From positions 336,385 to 400,384 of the forward strand of contig JBNKHE010000002.1 in NCBI GenBank assembly GCA_050290185.1: a stretch of 64,000 nt of DNA. Reading direction: 5' to 3'. The translations under genes were made by a program, and so were the position numbers. Under the pieces are notes generated by a model, which saw only the letters and a program-made list of their open reading frames with translations, ran no database searches and was not told where the DNA came from. Positions 1-10,564 of this stretch are shown piece after piece. Position 1 is the first letter of the stretch. Each line of letters begins with the position of its first letter. Source of the stretch: Pontiella sp. Its GTDB lineage: Bacteria; Verrucomicrobiota; Kiritimatiellia; Kiritimatiellales; Pontiellaceae.

Positions 1-2
1 GC

Positions 3-1784
3 AACACCAGAGTCTGGGATCCGAATACCTTCATGTTCACGGAATGGAATCCGCCGGGGGAAATCTACGATGAATATGATCAGCTATGGGAAAAATGGGA
101 GTTCATCGCAAACAACAATTCACTGTACGTGTCCCCGACTACCGAAGACTCCCCAAGACTGAGAACAACGGTCTCAGGAGTGGAAAACGGCGCATACAAA
201 ATCTACGCCTACGTCTGGGGCACCAATCCAGAGTGGGAGATGTGGACCATTCAGGCAGCACTAAACAATGCCGTCGGAAACCTCCCCGTCCACGACGCCA
301 CCAGTCAAGGTGTGATAGAGCACTACCTGGACATCGATCCTGACGACTCATTCCACTACGTGTCCGCGGTCTATAGTTCCAGCATGAGCTGGAGTCCGTT
401 TTCCAACGATGTAGAAATCGCACAAGATCAATGGCGACTGTTCGAAATTCCTCTCGGCATCATGGCGGTCACCAGCGGCGAACTTTCCGTATACATCGAC
501 AACATCTACCTGCCTGCGATCTGGGGCATAAGCTACTACGACGGTATCGGATACGAACCTCTTGATGTTGATCCTGATACATTTGTCACTGGAGGCGGCT
601 GGATTTGGTCTCCACCCGGCGCTCTCGCCAAGAGATATGACCCCACCACTGGCTCTGATGATCCTCCAGCAGAGACCACCATCGCCCATTGGGATTTTGC
701 CGACCCCGGAGCAATGGATGGAGCTTTCATGCCCGGCAACCTTTACCGTGAGGATCTGGACGGCGACGGGGCCATGGACCCGGACGACTTTAGAATCAGC
801 TCCTTGGATTTGTCTGGCAACGGAAACCACATTTCCGCTTTGACCAGCACCTACATAAAATGGAGCGCCGACAGCATCCAGGGTGATTTCAGCATGGTAA
901 ACGCCAACGACCTTCCTGCCGCCGGTACGGATTCCCAGTTCAACCCCTATATCACGGGAGTTGATGTAGAAACCATTACCCCCCAACAGTGGACGATTGA
1001 AGTGGTCTTCAAGTCCGACTACCTCGCACCCTATTGTACGCTTGTGGGTCGCAATGGCAATTTCGGCAATGCAGCAGCCCTGTACTTTTCGACACGCAAC
1101 TCCGACCTGGCGATAGCCTACAGGGATGTCGACGGCGTTTATCATGAACTACAGGTGGCGGCCGGTTTTCGGGAGAACACATGGTATCGTGTAGCGGCCG
1201 TGAGTGACGGGACAACCCTTATGCTCTACCTCGACGGTGAATTGATCGGGCTGCTGGATTTAACCGTCACGGGTACGGACACCGCATTGGCGCAAGGGTA
1301 TGGCCAATGGACAGTCGCTCATGGCATGTGGGCGGGCAACTTTACCGACCGTTTTTATGGTGCAATTGATGAGATAGCGATTTCGGATGCGGCGTTGTCG
1401 CCGGAAACGTTTGTGATCCAACCCTACGTCCCGGTGGAAGGCCGGGCAAACTTTGGCTTCAATGCCAAGTACAAGAAGGGCTCAACCTTGCCGGCCGGCC
1501 AGGCCGAGTTCCAGTTCAAGGTTGGCGATATGAACTTCCACAGCAGCGACTACGAATGGTTGGTGATCACAGGTGCGGACGCCATGCTTAAAGGCACGGG
1601 AACCATCAATCACGAAGATGGCTTTGGCTTCATGCTTACCGCGATCGACGGCAAGCTTCTCGACAACGGCGCAAGTGATCAAGTTCGTCTCCAGATCTGG
1701 GAAACGGCAACCGGCGAAGTTGTTTACGACAACCAAGCCGACACGACCTTGCACGGCGAAAATATTCAAATTCATTCCCGTTAA
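3..1784 (+). CDS. Secreted multidomain protein, 5'-truncated by the window edge; LamG-like jelly-roll inserted in a 'VTGGGWI...ANFGF.AKYKKG' beta-rich C-terminal domain
   Basis: Frame is open from position 3 (NTRVWDPNTF) into the ATG at 33. LamG motifs: 'IAHWDF', 'WTIEVVFK', 'WYRVAAVSDG...LYLDG', 'FYGAIDEIAISDAAL'. Confidence 0.75.
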   Translation, partial: NTRVWDPNTFMFTEWNPPGEIYDEYDQLWEKWEFIANNNSLYVSPTTEDSPRLRTTVSGVENGAYKIYAYVWGTNPEWEMWTIQAALNNAVGNLPVHDATSQGVIEHYLDIDPDDSFHYVSAVYSSSMSWSPFSNDVEIAQDQWRLFEIPLGIMAVTSGELSVYIDNIYLPAIWGISYYDGIGYEPLDVDPDTFVTGGGWIWSPPGALAKRYDPTTGSDDPPAETTIAHWDFADPGAMDGAFMPGNLYREDLDGDGAMDPDDFRISSLDLSGNGNHISALTSTYIKWSADSIQGDFSMVNANDLPAAGTDSQFNPYITGVDVETITPQQWTIEVVFKSDYLAPYCTLVGRNGNFGNAAALYFSTRNSDLAIAYRDVDGVYHELQVAAGFRENTWYRVAAVSDGTTLMLYLDGELIGLLDLTVTGTDTALAQGYGQWTVAHGMWAGNFTDRFYGAIDEIAISDAALSPETFVIQPYVPVEGRANFGFNAKYKKGSTLPAGQAEFQFKVGDMNFHSSDYEWLVITGADAMLKGTGTINHEDGFGFMLTAIDGKLLDNGASDQVRLQIWETATGEVVYDNQADTTLHGENIQIHSR

Positions 1785-1821
1785 TGTGGTCGCATACCGT
1801 CACGGCGGATCACGCCTCACG

Positions 1822-3186
1822 CTACGGCATCGGCAGGCCGTCCATCGAGTGCAGCGACTTTTCGAGCAGCTCGTCGGGTAGCGGATAATCCTTCAGGTTG
1901 CCGTCGAAGAAGGCTTCGTAGCCCTTGAGGTCCATCAGGCCGTGGCCGGACCAGTTCATCAGGATGGTCTTCTGCTTGCCCTCCTCCTTCGCGCGTTTGG
2001 CTTCGCGGATGGTCTGAGCGATGGCATGCGACGTTTCGGGCGCGGAGATGAACCCTTCGGTCCGCGCGAACTGAACAGCGGCTTCGTAGCATTCGGTCTG
2101 GCCGATGGAGGTGGCTTCAATATGCCCCTCGTTCATGGCGTGGCTGACCATCGGCGCCATGCCATGGTAGCGCAGGCCGCCGGCGTGCAGCGGCGGCGGC
2201 ACGAAGGTGTGGCCGAGGCTATGCATCGGCAGCAGCGGCGTCATCATGGCCACGTCGCCGGAATCATAGCGGTATTTCGCGCGCGTCAGCGTCGGACACG
2301 CTTCGGGCTCGGTCGCCACGATGCGGATATTCTGGCCGTGCATGCGGTCATTGATAAACGGGAACGCAATGCCCGCAAAATTGGACCCGCCGCCGGCGCA
2401 ACCGATCACGACATCGGGATAGTCGCGGATCTTCTTCATCTGCGCCTGCGCTTCGAGGCCAATCACGGTCTGGTGCAGCATCACGTGGTTGAGCACGGAT
2501 CCGAGGGCATAGCGGGTATCCTCGCGTTGCACGCATTCCTCGATCGCTTCCGAGATGGCGATGCCGAGGCTGCCGGGAGTGTCCGGATCTTCGGCCAGGA
2601 TCTTGCGGCCGGTTTCGGTTTCCATGCTCGGGCTGGGAACGCAGTTGCCGCCCCAGGTGCGCATCATGATCTTTCGGAACGGTTTCTGGTCGAAGCTGAT
2701 GCGGACCATGAAGACCTTGCATTCGATGCCGCCTACCATCGCGCAGGCAAACGACAGCGCCGAGCCCCACTGCCCCGCCCCGGTTTCGGTGGTGAGCTTC
2801 TTGATGCCGAACTGCTTGTTGTACCACGCCTGCGGAATGGCGGTGTTGGGCTTGTGGCTACCGGCGGGCGAAACGCCTTCGTTCTTGTAGTAGATCTTGG
2901 CCGGGGTGCCGAGCGCCTGCTCCAGGCGGCGAGCGCGGTAGAGCGGCGTCGGACGCCATATTTTCAGGTAGCCCATGATTTCGTCGGGAATGTCGATCCA
3001 ACGCTCGGTGCTGACCTCCTGCTCGATCAGGTTCATCGGGAAGACCGGTGCCAGCGCCTCCGGGCCGATCGGGTTGCCAGCCACATCCACTGGTGGCGGC
3101 ATCGGATGCTCGAAATCGGCCGCCAGGTTGTACCACTGCTTCGGTAGTTCGTTTTCGGTTAACGTCACCTTGATCGCTTCACTCAT
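1822..3186 (-). CDS. trpB2: TrpB2 (TrpB-like PLP enzyme, tryptophan synthase beta chain 2)
   Basis: 'WRPTPLYRA', PLP lysine in 'GSHKPNTA', 'TETGAGQWG', 'LHAGGLRYHG', 'SGHG'; 454 aa, typical of the TrpB2 clade. Confidence 0.95.
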   Translation of the reverse strand: MSEAIKVTLTENELPKQWYNLAADFEHPMPPPVDVAGNPIGPEALAPVFPMNLIEQEVSTERWIDIPDEIMGYLKIWRPTPLYRARRLEQALGTPAKIYYKNEGVSPAGSHKPNTAIPQAWYNKQFGIKKLTTETGAGQWGSALSFACAMVGGIECKVFMVRISFDQKPFRKIMMRTWGGNCVPSPSMETETGRKILAEDPDTPGSLGIAISEAIEECVQREDTRYALGSVLNHVMLHQTVIGLEAQAQMKKIRDYPDVVIGCAGGGSNFAGIAFPFINDRMHGQNIRIVATEPEACPTLTRAKYRYDSGDVAMMTPLLPMHSLGHTFVPPPLHAGGLRYHGMAPMVSHAMNEGHIEATSIGQTECYEAAVQFARTEGFISAPETSHAIAQTIREAKRAKEEGKQKTILMNWSGHGLMDLKGYEAFFDGNLKDYPLPDELLEKSLHSMDGLPMP

Positions 3187-3320
3187 GCAGCACCCCTTGT
3201 GGTTGAATAGTTACGCTGGAAAAACAACTGGCAGTTGTAGCCGCTTGCCGGTACAGGGTCAAGAAACATGGAATTACATTAGGTGTTTTTGTGTTCCGCT
3301 GTCCATGCACGACGGGTTGG

Positions 3321-3458
3321 TCTCACACAGCGCAACCGAGATAACAGAGGTTTATTTAATCCTACCCGTTCATTTCTCTACTAGCTCTGCGTGACACTCC
3401 CCATGTGTTCGCCAGAAGGCTTAAATCTCACACAGAGCAACGGAAATAACGGTGTTTT
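3321..3458. repeat. Two degenerate copies of a 33-bp intergenic unit (3321-3353, 3426-3458)
   Basis: tctcacacagcgcaaccgagataacagaggttt vs tctcacacagagcaacggaaataacggtgtttt (27/33 by eye), with an inverted 'ctctgcgtga' half-site between them. Confidence 0.6.
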
Positions 3459-3526
3459 TTACTATTCCATAAATAATCGTCGATGGAGCTGAACAATATG
3501 CGAGTAATACGGTCACATTATACATC

Positions 3527-4156
3527 ATGAAAATAAAATCGATTCCCTTCACGCTCTTTACCGCCCTTCTGGGTCTTCTCATAATACCAGTGCCAGCCCG
3601 GTCGGAAATTCCTCAACCGCAAATCAGCCTCTCGGCCACCAACGCCCCCGCCCTGACGTTAGGTATCTCCAACGTGGCCACCGGCGGCACCTACCATGTC
3701 GAGCAAACCGGCCAGCTGACAACCAACAGCAACTGGAAGGAGGTCTATTCGTTCGAGGGATCGGTCGGCGACACCAACTGGAACACGGCGGCCTCCACCA
3801 ACGCAGAATTCTACCGGGTCGTCAGGGAGCCCTATCACGCCAAGGTCGGGCAAGTTGCAACATTCACCACGTATTACCATGGCGTGAGCGGCACGGCGCA
3901 CATCGTCAACAACCACACCATCGAGCTGCGCAACTTCACCTACGACGCTACCGGAATCGACGTGCGGGTGATCGTGTCCCCCAACGCCTCGTTCAGCCCC
4001 TATACAGTTATCAGCGAGGACCTGCTCGGGCCCGCCTTCTCGAATGCCACCCTCACCCTCACCGTGCCGGGAAGCATCGATCTCAACTACGTGTCCTACA
4101 TCAGCATTTGGTGCGTTCCTCTAGGAATCAACTTCGGCGACGGCATGTTCCAATAG
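3527..4156 (+). CDS. Secreted DM13 domain protein
   Basis: Signal peptide; DM13-like 'HGVSGTAHIVNNHTIELRNFTYD...ISIWC...NFGDG'; N-terminal 'YHVEQ..L...W...FYRV' module. Confidence 0.8.
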   Translation: MKIKSIPFTLFTALLGLLIIPVPARSEIPQPQISLSATNAPALTLGISNVATGGTYHVEQTGQLTTNSNWKEVYSFEGSVGDTNWNTAASTNAEFYRVVREPYHAKVGQVATFTTYYHGVSGTAHIVNNHTIELRNFTYDATGIDVRVIVSPNASFSPYTVISEDLLGPAFSNATLTLTVPGSIDLNYVSYISIWCVPLGINFGDGMFQ

Positions 4157-4376
4157 CTGCAATGCTTCCATATTCGCGATTCGCCAATTTTGAATCTTGA
4201 GACCTCACCCCGTTGCCTATCTGCAACGGCATGTATGGTTTTCCCGGATTTTTATGCACATGCGCCATCCTATGCATAGGAAATGAGGGCTCTTCGCATA
4301 TTTTTGTGGCAACGAATATTCCGGTAGGTTGGAGTCGTTGCTACGAGGGTTTAACACACCGACCTGTGGAATTTCA

Positions 4377-5138
4377 TTAGCGCTCGGAATCCTCTACCCA
4401 TTCGACATCCCCATCAAGGCCGCTGGGCTCACACACATCCCGGACGACCCGCTCGCCATCCACCTCTGGCCCGTATATTTTCAGCCAGATCCCCATCAGT
4501 TCGTCCTCGGAAATCTTGTTTTCATCATATCCCAGAGTAACAGTGCCCGGTTCAGAGACCGCAATCCGGTTGAACTTTTCTTCCAGCGTCAGCTTTGTCG
4601 TCCTGAGCGTCACGCTTTTACCCGGCTCGATAAGGCTTACCAAACCCGTCCCGGGACCGACATGCTTTATGGTTTCGTGATTACGACTGCTGACCCTCAC
4701 GAAATACATGCTCTCAAGCCTCAAGCCCACGATCTGCCGCTTTGAGCGGTTTGTCAGCGTGACTTCATAACAGATGACCTCCCCCTTGCTGAAACCATTG
4801 GCCACACCTCCCATCTTTTTCCTATTGAAGCTTTCGAGCCTTTTCTTCTTGAAGGAAATCCGCAGGCTTTTTTCCGACAATACGCGATTGGCGTCGGCCC
4901 ATTGCCTAATGTAGGTCTGGTCATCCGCTGAGAACCGTTTGGGCGAAACCCAGAAACGCTGGCCATCCTCCCGCTCCAATTGGATGGTTCCTTTCACGGA
5001 ATCGACCGAAACGATTCTGGCTTCAACAGCGCGCCCCTGCTCATCGGTGAAGACACGGATGCCATTTTCTGCCGACGCTTGCAATCCAGATGACAACAGC
5101 ACGGCCACCAGCCCCACAATGATACACTTCATCAACAC
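4377..5138 (-). CDS. Secreted SHD1 (SLA1 homology domain 1) protein
   Basis: Signal peptide followed by 'RVFTDEQGRAVEARIV...LEREDG...FSADDQTYIRQW', the SHD1 signature. Confidence 0.8.
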   Translation of the reverse strand: MLMKCIIVGLVAVLLSSGLQASAENGIRVFTDEQGRAVEARIVSVDSVKGTIQLEREDGQRFWVSPKRFSADDQTYIRQWADANRVLSEKSLRISFKKKRLESFNRKKMGGVANGFSKGEVICYEVTLTNRSKRQIVGLRLESMYFVRVSSRNHETIKHVGPGTGLVSLIEPGKSVTLRTTKLTLEEKFNRIAVSEPGTVTLGYDENKISEDELMGIWLKIYGPEVDGERVVRDVCEPSGLDGDVEWVEDSER

Positions 5139-5393
5139 CTCCGATTATCAGGCGATAACCTATAAAACGAGGGAATCAGAGACAAGAGAACATCTCATGC
5201 ATTGCAAAGACCTCCCGGTCTGGCCGGAAGCTGCAGGAGCTTCATCTTCCGCCGCTTTCCAAGGCCCTTTGATCCCCAAATCTTGGTACATTTTACTAAT
5301 CTTATATATAAGTTTTTATTGTTGCTGTTTCTTTTCTTTTATATGTCATTCCATTGGTGGCAATGAAGCCCCGTTACCCAAAGGAGAGCAGGA

Positions 5394-5663
5394 ATGAAGA
5401 GAAGCAAATGGTTGAAACTTATGACTGTGGCAATGATTGCATGCTTGGCTAGCGCTTTTGCGGCGGAAACCGGGCCCATCAAGGGCAACCCCGAAAGCAA
5501 GATCTACCACAAACCGGCGTGCCGCTTCTACAACGCAAAAAGCAGTACGAAGGAATTCAAGTCGGAAGCTGAAGCCAAGAAAGCCGGATACAAACCCTGC
5601 AAGCAGTGCGCCACCCCGAAAAGGGAAAAGAAAGAAACCACGTCCGCTGAACAAACCGAGTAG
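5394..5663 (+). CDS. Small secreted Ada-type Zn-binding domain protein
   Basis: 'IKGN..SKIYH..AC..Y...F.SEAEAKKAGYKPCKQC'; signal peptide; GGAG RBS upstream. Confidence 0.85.
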   Translation: MKRSKWLKLMTVAMIACLASAFAAETGPIKGNPESKIYHKPACRFYNAKSSTKEFKSEAEAKKAGYKPCKQCATPKREKKETTSAEQTE

Positions 5664-5684
5664 ACCGACGTATAAGTACACGGC

Positions 5685-5720
5685 AAGCTCCGGGCAACGT
5701 GCCCGGAGCTTTTTTCTTTT
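5685..5720 (+). terminator. Rho-independent terminator
   Basis: aagctccgggca-acg-tgcccggagctt hairpin followed by a T-tract. Confidence 0.85.
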
Positions 5721-5800
5721 GGTTCATGATGGATTGCTTTTGGTTTTTCTTCACGGACCATTTCACGTAGCTTGTCCGGAATATTGAATGGGGAATCTGG

Positions 5801-7216
5801 ATGGAAGATCTGAGCAAGTTGTTAAGCGCCCTGTACGGTGAAGTGGTTTGGGGCCGTTCGATGATCATCCTTCTGGTGGGCACGGGCCTGTATCTGACCG
5901 TCCGCCTGTTGTTCGTACAGGTACGCCACCTCGGCCATGCCATCGCCTGTGTTTTCGGGAAATACGATCAACCGGAGGAAAACGGCGATATATCTCACTT
6001 CAAGGCCCTCTCCACGGCCCTGTCGGCCACCATCGGAACCGGCAATATTGCCGGCGTCGCCACCGCCATCGTAGCGGGCGGACCCGGCGCGGTTTTCTGG
6101 ATGTGGGTAACGGCGCTCGTCGGCATGGCTACCAAGTTCACCTCCTGCACGCTGGCTGTAAAGTACCGCCGGATCCATGCAGACGGATCGGCCAGCGGGG
6201 GCCCGATGTACTACCTTTCCATGGGGCTGAAAAACAAAAAACTCGGAGCCCTGCTCGGCGGCTCATTCGCCCTGTTCGGCATGATCGCCTCGTTTGGCAT
6301 CGGCAACATGGTGCAGGCCAATTCCGTGGTTGACGGACTGGGCTACCTATTGCCGGAAATGTTGCAGTCGGGAGGATTCACGCTTTTTGGCTTTGGCATT
6401 TCCTGGATGAGCCTGACCACCGGCCTGATTCTCTCCTTCCTGACGGGAATTGTTATTCTTGGCGGCATCAAACGCATCGCCAATGTCGCGGGAATCATCG
6501 TCCCCTTCATGTGCGCCTTCTACGTGATCGGAGCGGTCATTATACTGCTCCTGAATATCGAAGCGATTCCGGGAGCTTTCGCACAAATCGTTAAATACGC
6601 CTTCACCCCCTATGCCGTCGGAGGCGGCATATTTGGAACCGCCATCCGCTACGGCGTGGCGCGCGGCGTCTTTTCCAATGAATCCGGACTGGGCTCCGCT
6701 CCGATCGCCCATGCGGCGGCCAAAACCAGCGAACCGGTGCGCGAAGGTACCGTCGCCATGCTCGGCCCCTTTATCGATACTCTGATTGTCTGCACCATGA
6801 CGGCGCTGGTCATTCTGGTTACGGGCGCAAACCACAGTGATTTCAACGGCGGCGCGCTGACCGCCCATGCCTTCGAAAAGGGATTGTTCGGCTATGGACA
6901 ATATCTCGTCGGCATCGGACTTATGTTCTTCGCCTATTCGACGCTGATTGCCTGGTCGTACTACGGCGACCGCTGCGCCGAATTTCTCTTCGGCGAAAAG
7001 GCGATCCCGATCTACCGCTGGGTCTACGTCGGCTGCATCACCATCGGCGCGGCCGGCGGATTGAAGATGATCTGGAATATCGCCGACGCCTTCAACGCGC
7101 TGATGGCCATCCCCAACCTGATCGGCCTGATCTTGCTCTCCCGCGTGGTCGCCAACGAAATGAAACGCTATTGCATCCGCCTGAAAAACGGTGACTTCCG
7201 CAAGCCGGAATTATAA
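5801..7216 (+). CDS. Sodium:alanine/glycine symporter (AGCS family)
   Basis: 'ATIGTGNIAGVATA', 'GGPGAVFWMW', 'GGPMYY', 'RGVFSNESGLGSAPIAHA', 'DTLIVCTMT'. Confidence 0.95.
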   Translation: MEDLSKLLSALYGEVVWGRSMIILLVGTGLYLTVRLLFVQVRHLGHAIACVFGKYDQPEENGDISHFKALSTALSATIGTGNIAGVATAIVAGGPGAVFWMWVTALVGMATKFTSCTLAVKYRRIHADGSASGGPMYYLSMGLKNKKLGALLGGSFALFGMIASFGIGNMVQANSVVDGLGYLLPEMLQSGGFTLFGFGISWMSLTTGLILSFLTGIVILGGIKRIANVAGIIVPFMCAFYVIGAVIILLLNIEAIPGAFAQIVKYAFTPYAVGGGIFGTAIRYGVARGVFSNESGLGSAPIAHAAAKTSEPVREGTVAMLGPFIDTLIVCTMTALVILVTGANHSDFNGGALTAHAFEKGLFGYGQYLVGIGLMFFAYSTLIAWSYYGDRCAEFLFGEKAIPIYRWVYVGCITIGAAGGLKMIWNIADAFNALMAIPNLIGLILLSRVVANEMKRYCIRLKNGDFRKPEL

Positions 7217-7291
7217 CCAAAACAAGCGATTGTAATGGCTGCAACCCGTCATAGGCGTCTACGTTGACGGAGAAACCAACGGGAGAATGCC

Positions 7292-7477
7292 ATGAATGAA
7301 AACCGCACAACCGTAACCGACGTTGCCATTCCTTTCGGCCGCATGGTGATCATCATTCTCAAGTTCATGCTCGCATCCATTCCCGCCGTACTGCTGTTCT
7401 ACGTGATCATGATTCCGGTCTTCATGCTCTTCGGACTGGGGCTGGGCGGCTGTACCGCACTGATGGCGGCCCCATAG
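7292..7477 (+). CDS. Small membrane protein, unknown function
   Basis: GGAG RBS; 'VTDVAIPFGRMV...KFMLASIPA' resembles a recurrent small-protein motif; hydrophobic. Confidence 0.7.
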   Translation: MNENRTTVTDVAIPFGRMVIIILKFMLASIPAVLLFYVIMIPVFMLFGLGLGGCTALMAAP

Positions 7478-7494
7478 CCGGAATAAAGGGCTCC

Positions 7495-7752
7495 ATGAAT
7501 CCTGGCTATATAAAGCTTCTGCGATGGCTGACCATTGCAACCGCCCTTGTCATGATGGTTATCTTCGGTCATTACTGGAATGTAAGAAAGGTCGCCCTCT
7601 CCATTCTTATTCTCTACGACCTGATGCTCCTGCTTCTTTCGCTGTGCTTACTCGCAATGATCATGACTGATGCCGGCGAGAAGCGGAAAAATATAAACGC
7701 CATCGTCTTCCTGATCGCCGGAGTTCTATCGCTTTTCTTCGTTTTCAGCTGA
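7495..7752 (+). CDS. Hypothetical three-TM membrane protein
   Basis: Three hydrophobic segments; fills the gap between co-oriented and convergent genes. Confidence 0.6.
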   Translation: MNPGYIKLLRWLTIATALVMMVIFGHYWNVRKVALSILILYDLMLLLLSLCLLAMIMTDAGEKRKNINAIVFLIAGVLSLFFVFS

Positions 7753-7760
7753 CCGGACGA

Positions 7761-9446
7761 TCAGGCAAAGAGTCCGGAAATGAGGTCGGAGCCCATTTCA
7801 TCCAGTCCCTTCATCTGCTTGGAGGATTCGAGCAGGTCGGAAAGCGACAGCAGCTCTTCTAGCAGGATCATGCGGGCCACGTACTGGCTGTTTGCCGGAA
7901 CATTGAGCTGCAGCTTGTTCTCATCCTGGATCAGCGTGAATGCCATATCGTCCTTGCGCACCTGATAGGTCGGCTGTTCGGTATGCAGGTTGTGCACGAA
8001 AAACTCTTCCTGTTGCACGGCATGGATATAGCGATGCAGCAAAAACTCGGCAATGTCGTGCGAGGGAAAATCGAGTTCGATCACCTCGATGTTCTCGACA
8101 CCGCCCACCATCTCTTTTCGAACCCCCGAGCCCCCCTCGAAGGATTTAACCAAAAGCGGCGGAGCCAGCATCGTCGTCACCACGGTCATCATGATGGCGA
8201 CGCCAAAGACTCCCTGATCAATGACGCCAGCGGCCAGCCCGATGCCGGCAACGATCAGCGCCACTTCACCGCGCGGCAGCATGCCGAGTCCGATGCGTAG
8301 CGAACCGCGCAGATTGAACCGCATCAAATAGGCCGGCAGGCCGCACCCGACCACCTTTGCAAAAACGGCGAGCAACGAATAAACACCCCCGAAAAGCAGG
8401 ATGGGTTTCATGGCGGAAAAGTCGACCATCATGCCCATCACACAGAAAAAGATAGGAACCAGAATATTGTAGACGCCTTCGAGGTTGTGTTCGATTTCGT
8501 GCGCCAGATCGGTGCGGGATAGTGCAAGCCCCATGATGTAGGCACCGATAATCATTGCCAGCCCGGCCAACTCCGCCAGCCCGGCCAGCAGTAGCGCGAG
8601 CCCGAAACAGGTGGAAACCATCACTTCGCGCGAATGGAACTGCTTGATGGCAGCCGTAATCTTGCGGGCAAAGGCCAGTCCCAGTGCCGTGACCACCACG
8701 AAAAAGCCGATGGCCTTGAGGGCTATGAATCCAATCTTGGCCCAGTTGACGCCGCCCCCTTCCATCTCAACTTTTGCCATCCCCATGACGATGGCCAGCG
8801 TAACGATGCCCAGCACATCGTCGAAAACCGCACCAGCCAGGATGGTGACGCCCTCCGGGGAAGCCATCTTGCGCTTTTCAGCAAGAATGCGGGCGGTGAT
8901 GCCCACCGAGGTTGCCACGGAGATCACCCCCAGAAACAAGGCGGCCGGATCCATGAACGAATGGATGCCGTTATCCGGCCACAACACGGCGCACAAGTCG
9001 CCTAGCAGAAAGGCGAACAGCAATCCGCCCAGTCCGACAAACGAGCCCACCACAGAATATCGCAAGAACGCCGCAAGGTCCGTTTCCAAACCGGCGAGAA
9101 ACAGCAGGATGATCGATGCCAACGTGGCAATGCCGTAGAGTTCAGCAGAAGCTGCCAGCCCGTCGTGTTCGGCAAAAAGAATACCGATGCCTGAAATATG
9201 GATCATTCCGCCCAGTGCATAGGGCCCGATCAGCATGCCGGAGGCGAGCTCACCCAGCACGGACGGTAGCTTGAGAAAGCGCTGGAAGAGAAACCCGCCG
9301 ATCTTGGCGGCAATGATGATAATGGCCAACTGGAGGATCAGCAGCATCATCACATGCGTGATGCCGTGGCCGGAGGCTTCGGTCAGATCAACAGCCGCGC
9401 CAACGTGCTGGACGGCGTTTGTGGCGGCATGGACGACTTCTGGCAT
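7761..9446 (-). CDS. Cation:proton antiporter (CPA2/NapA-like) with soluble C-terminal extension
   Basis: 'LPSVLGEL..G..IGP', 'LFLAGLETD', 'ATSVGITARIL', 'GAVFDDVLG', 'GMLPRGEVALI'. Confidence 0.92.
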   Translation of the reverse strand: MPEVVHAATNAVQHVGAAVDLTEASGHGITHVMMLLILQLAIIIIAAKIGGFLFQRFLKLPSVLGELASGMLIGPYALGGMIHISGIGILFAEHDGLAASAELYGIATLASIILLFLAGLETDLAAFLRYSVVGSFVGLGGLLFAFLLGDLCAVLWPDNGIHSFMDPAALFLGVISVATSVGITARILAEKRKMASPEGVTILAGAVFDDVLGIVTLAIVMGMAKVEMEGGGVNWAKIGFIALKAIGFFVVVTALGLAFARKITAAIKQFHSREVMVSTCFGLALLLAGLAELAGLAMIIGAYIMGLALSRTDLAHEIEHNLEGVYNILVPIFFCVMGMMVDFSAMKPILLFGGVYSLLAVFAKVVGCGLPAYLMRFNLRGSLRIGLGMLPRGEVALIVAGIGLAAGVIDQGVFGVAIMMTVVTTMLAPPLLVKSFEGGSGVRKEMVGGVENIEVIELDFPSHDIAEFLLHRYIHAVQQEEFFVHNLHTEQPTYQVRKDDMAFTLIQDENKLQLNVPANSQYVARMILLEELLSLSDLLESSKQMKGLDEMGSDLISGLFA

Positions 9447-9451
9447 TGGGC

Positions 9452-9901
9452 TTATTTCCCTGTTAACAGTTCATAGATCTCGGCATGGGTTCTGGCGGCT
9501 AGAAGCTTTTCACGTTCCGCTGGCTGGCTGATTAGTCGGCTTACTTCGGCCAAAAACTGCATATGCGGACCTGCCCGTTTGACGGGCGAAAGGGTTAAAA
9601 TAAAAATTTTGCAGGGGGATCCATCCATTGAATCGAAGTTTACTCCCGCCTTCTGAAGTCCGACGGCTGCCACCAGAGAGTTTACCGCATCCGTTTTCCC
9701 ATGCGGGATCGCCACGCCGTTCTGCATTCCGGTCGACATCTTTTCTTCACGCTCGAGTACCGCCTGCAACACGACATCCCTATCCGTAATCTTGCCGGCA
9801 GCGACCAGACGATCAACCATCTCCTCGATGATGCCTTCCTTGGTGTCGGCCTTCAAATCAACCCATACAGCATCCGGTGACAGCACTTTTTTCAGATTCA
9901 T
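9452..9901 (-). CDS. PTS EIIA type-2 (fructose/Ntr-like) domain protein
   Basis: 'EREEKMSTG..NGVAIPHGK' phospho-His motif; ends 5 nt before the antiporter start. Confidence 0.92.
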   Translation of the reverse strand: MNLKKVLSPDAVWVDLKADTKEGIIEEMVDRLVAAGKITDRDVVLQAVLEREEKMSTGMQNGVAIPHGKTDAVNSLVAAVGLQKAGVNFDSMDGSPCKIFILTLSPVKRAGPHMQFLAEVSRLISQPAEREKLLAARTHAEIYELLTGK

Positions 9902-10180
9902 CTTACACGAGCTCCAACGTAGACAATAACATATCGATTGTGATCAGAAAGACTATGAGGTCAACAGTTTTCTCCGATTCGCAATACATATTCGCCCGGT
10001 TACGCGGCACAGGAAACAATCACCTAGTAAATCGTACTAGTTTTTGGATTAATACTTTATTGCTCTTGTTGCCCCAGAATCATATGCCTTCAATATCTGC
10101 AGTAATGGATGCGGAGCCAGAGCCGGTGTCTGGCTTATTCGGGGGCGATCCTGATAGGGATCTGCCGATTTGAGGAAAGC

Positions 10181-10564
10181 ATGTATCATATAGAAAAAGA
10201 AGCCGACTGTTTGTCTGTGGTCTTCAAAGGCGACTTTGATTTCAGCACGGTCAAATGCATCATTAATGATCTGCTCATCACACCTGAATTTTGCTGCTGC
10301 CACGATATTTGGATGGTAGGCAAACACCGTGCCCAGGTCCGTCTGGGGGAAATCCAGAGCATTGTCGAAAATTTCAGCAAACTCTGCCCCAAGAATGCGT
10401 GTAATAAAAAAACCGCCTTCGTGGCTGAGCCCGGACTCACCTCGGCCATCCTTGAGCTGCTGGCATCAGGCCTGGATCGGAAACTTCCTCTGTCCTGCCG
10501 CATTTTTGAAACGCGCGAGGCCGCCGAAGAGTGGTTGGGATTCAAGAAAAGCAGTCTGACCTAG
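10181..10564 (+). CDS. Small hypothetical protein, SpoIIAA/STAS-like
   Basis: ATG at 10181 after GAGG; 'KTAFVA' and C-terminal 'RIFETREAAEEWL' typical of SpoIIAA-like proteins. Confidence 0.65.
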   Translation: MYHIEKEADCLSVVFKGDFDFSTVKCIINDLLITPEFCCCHDIWMVGKHRAQVRLGEIQSIVENFSKLCPKNACNKKTAFVAEPGLTSAILELLASGLDRKLPLSCRIFETREAAEEWLGFKKSSLT

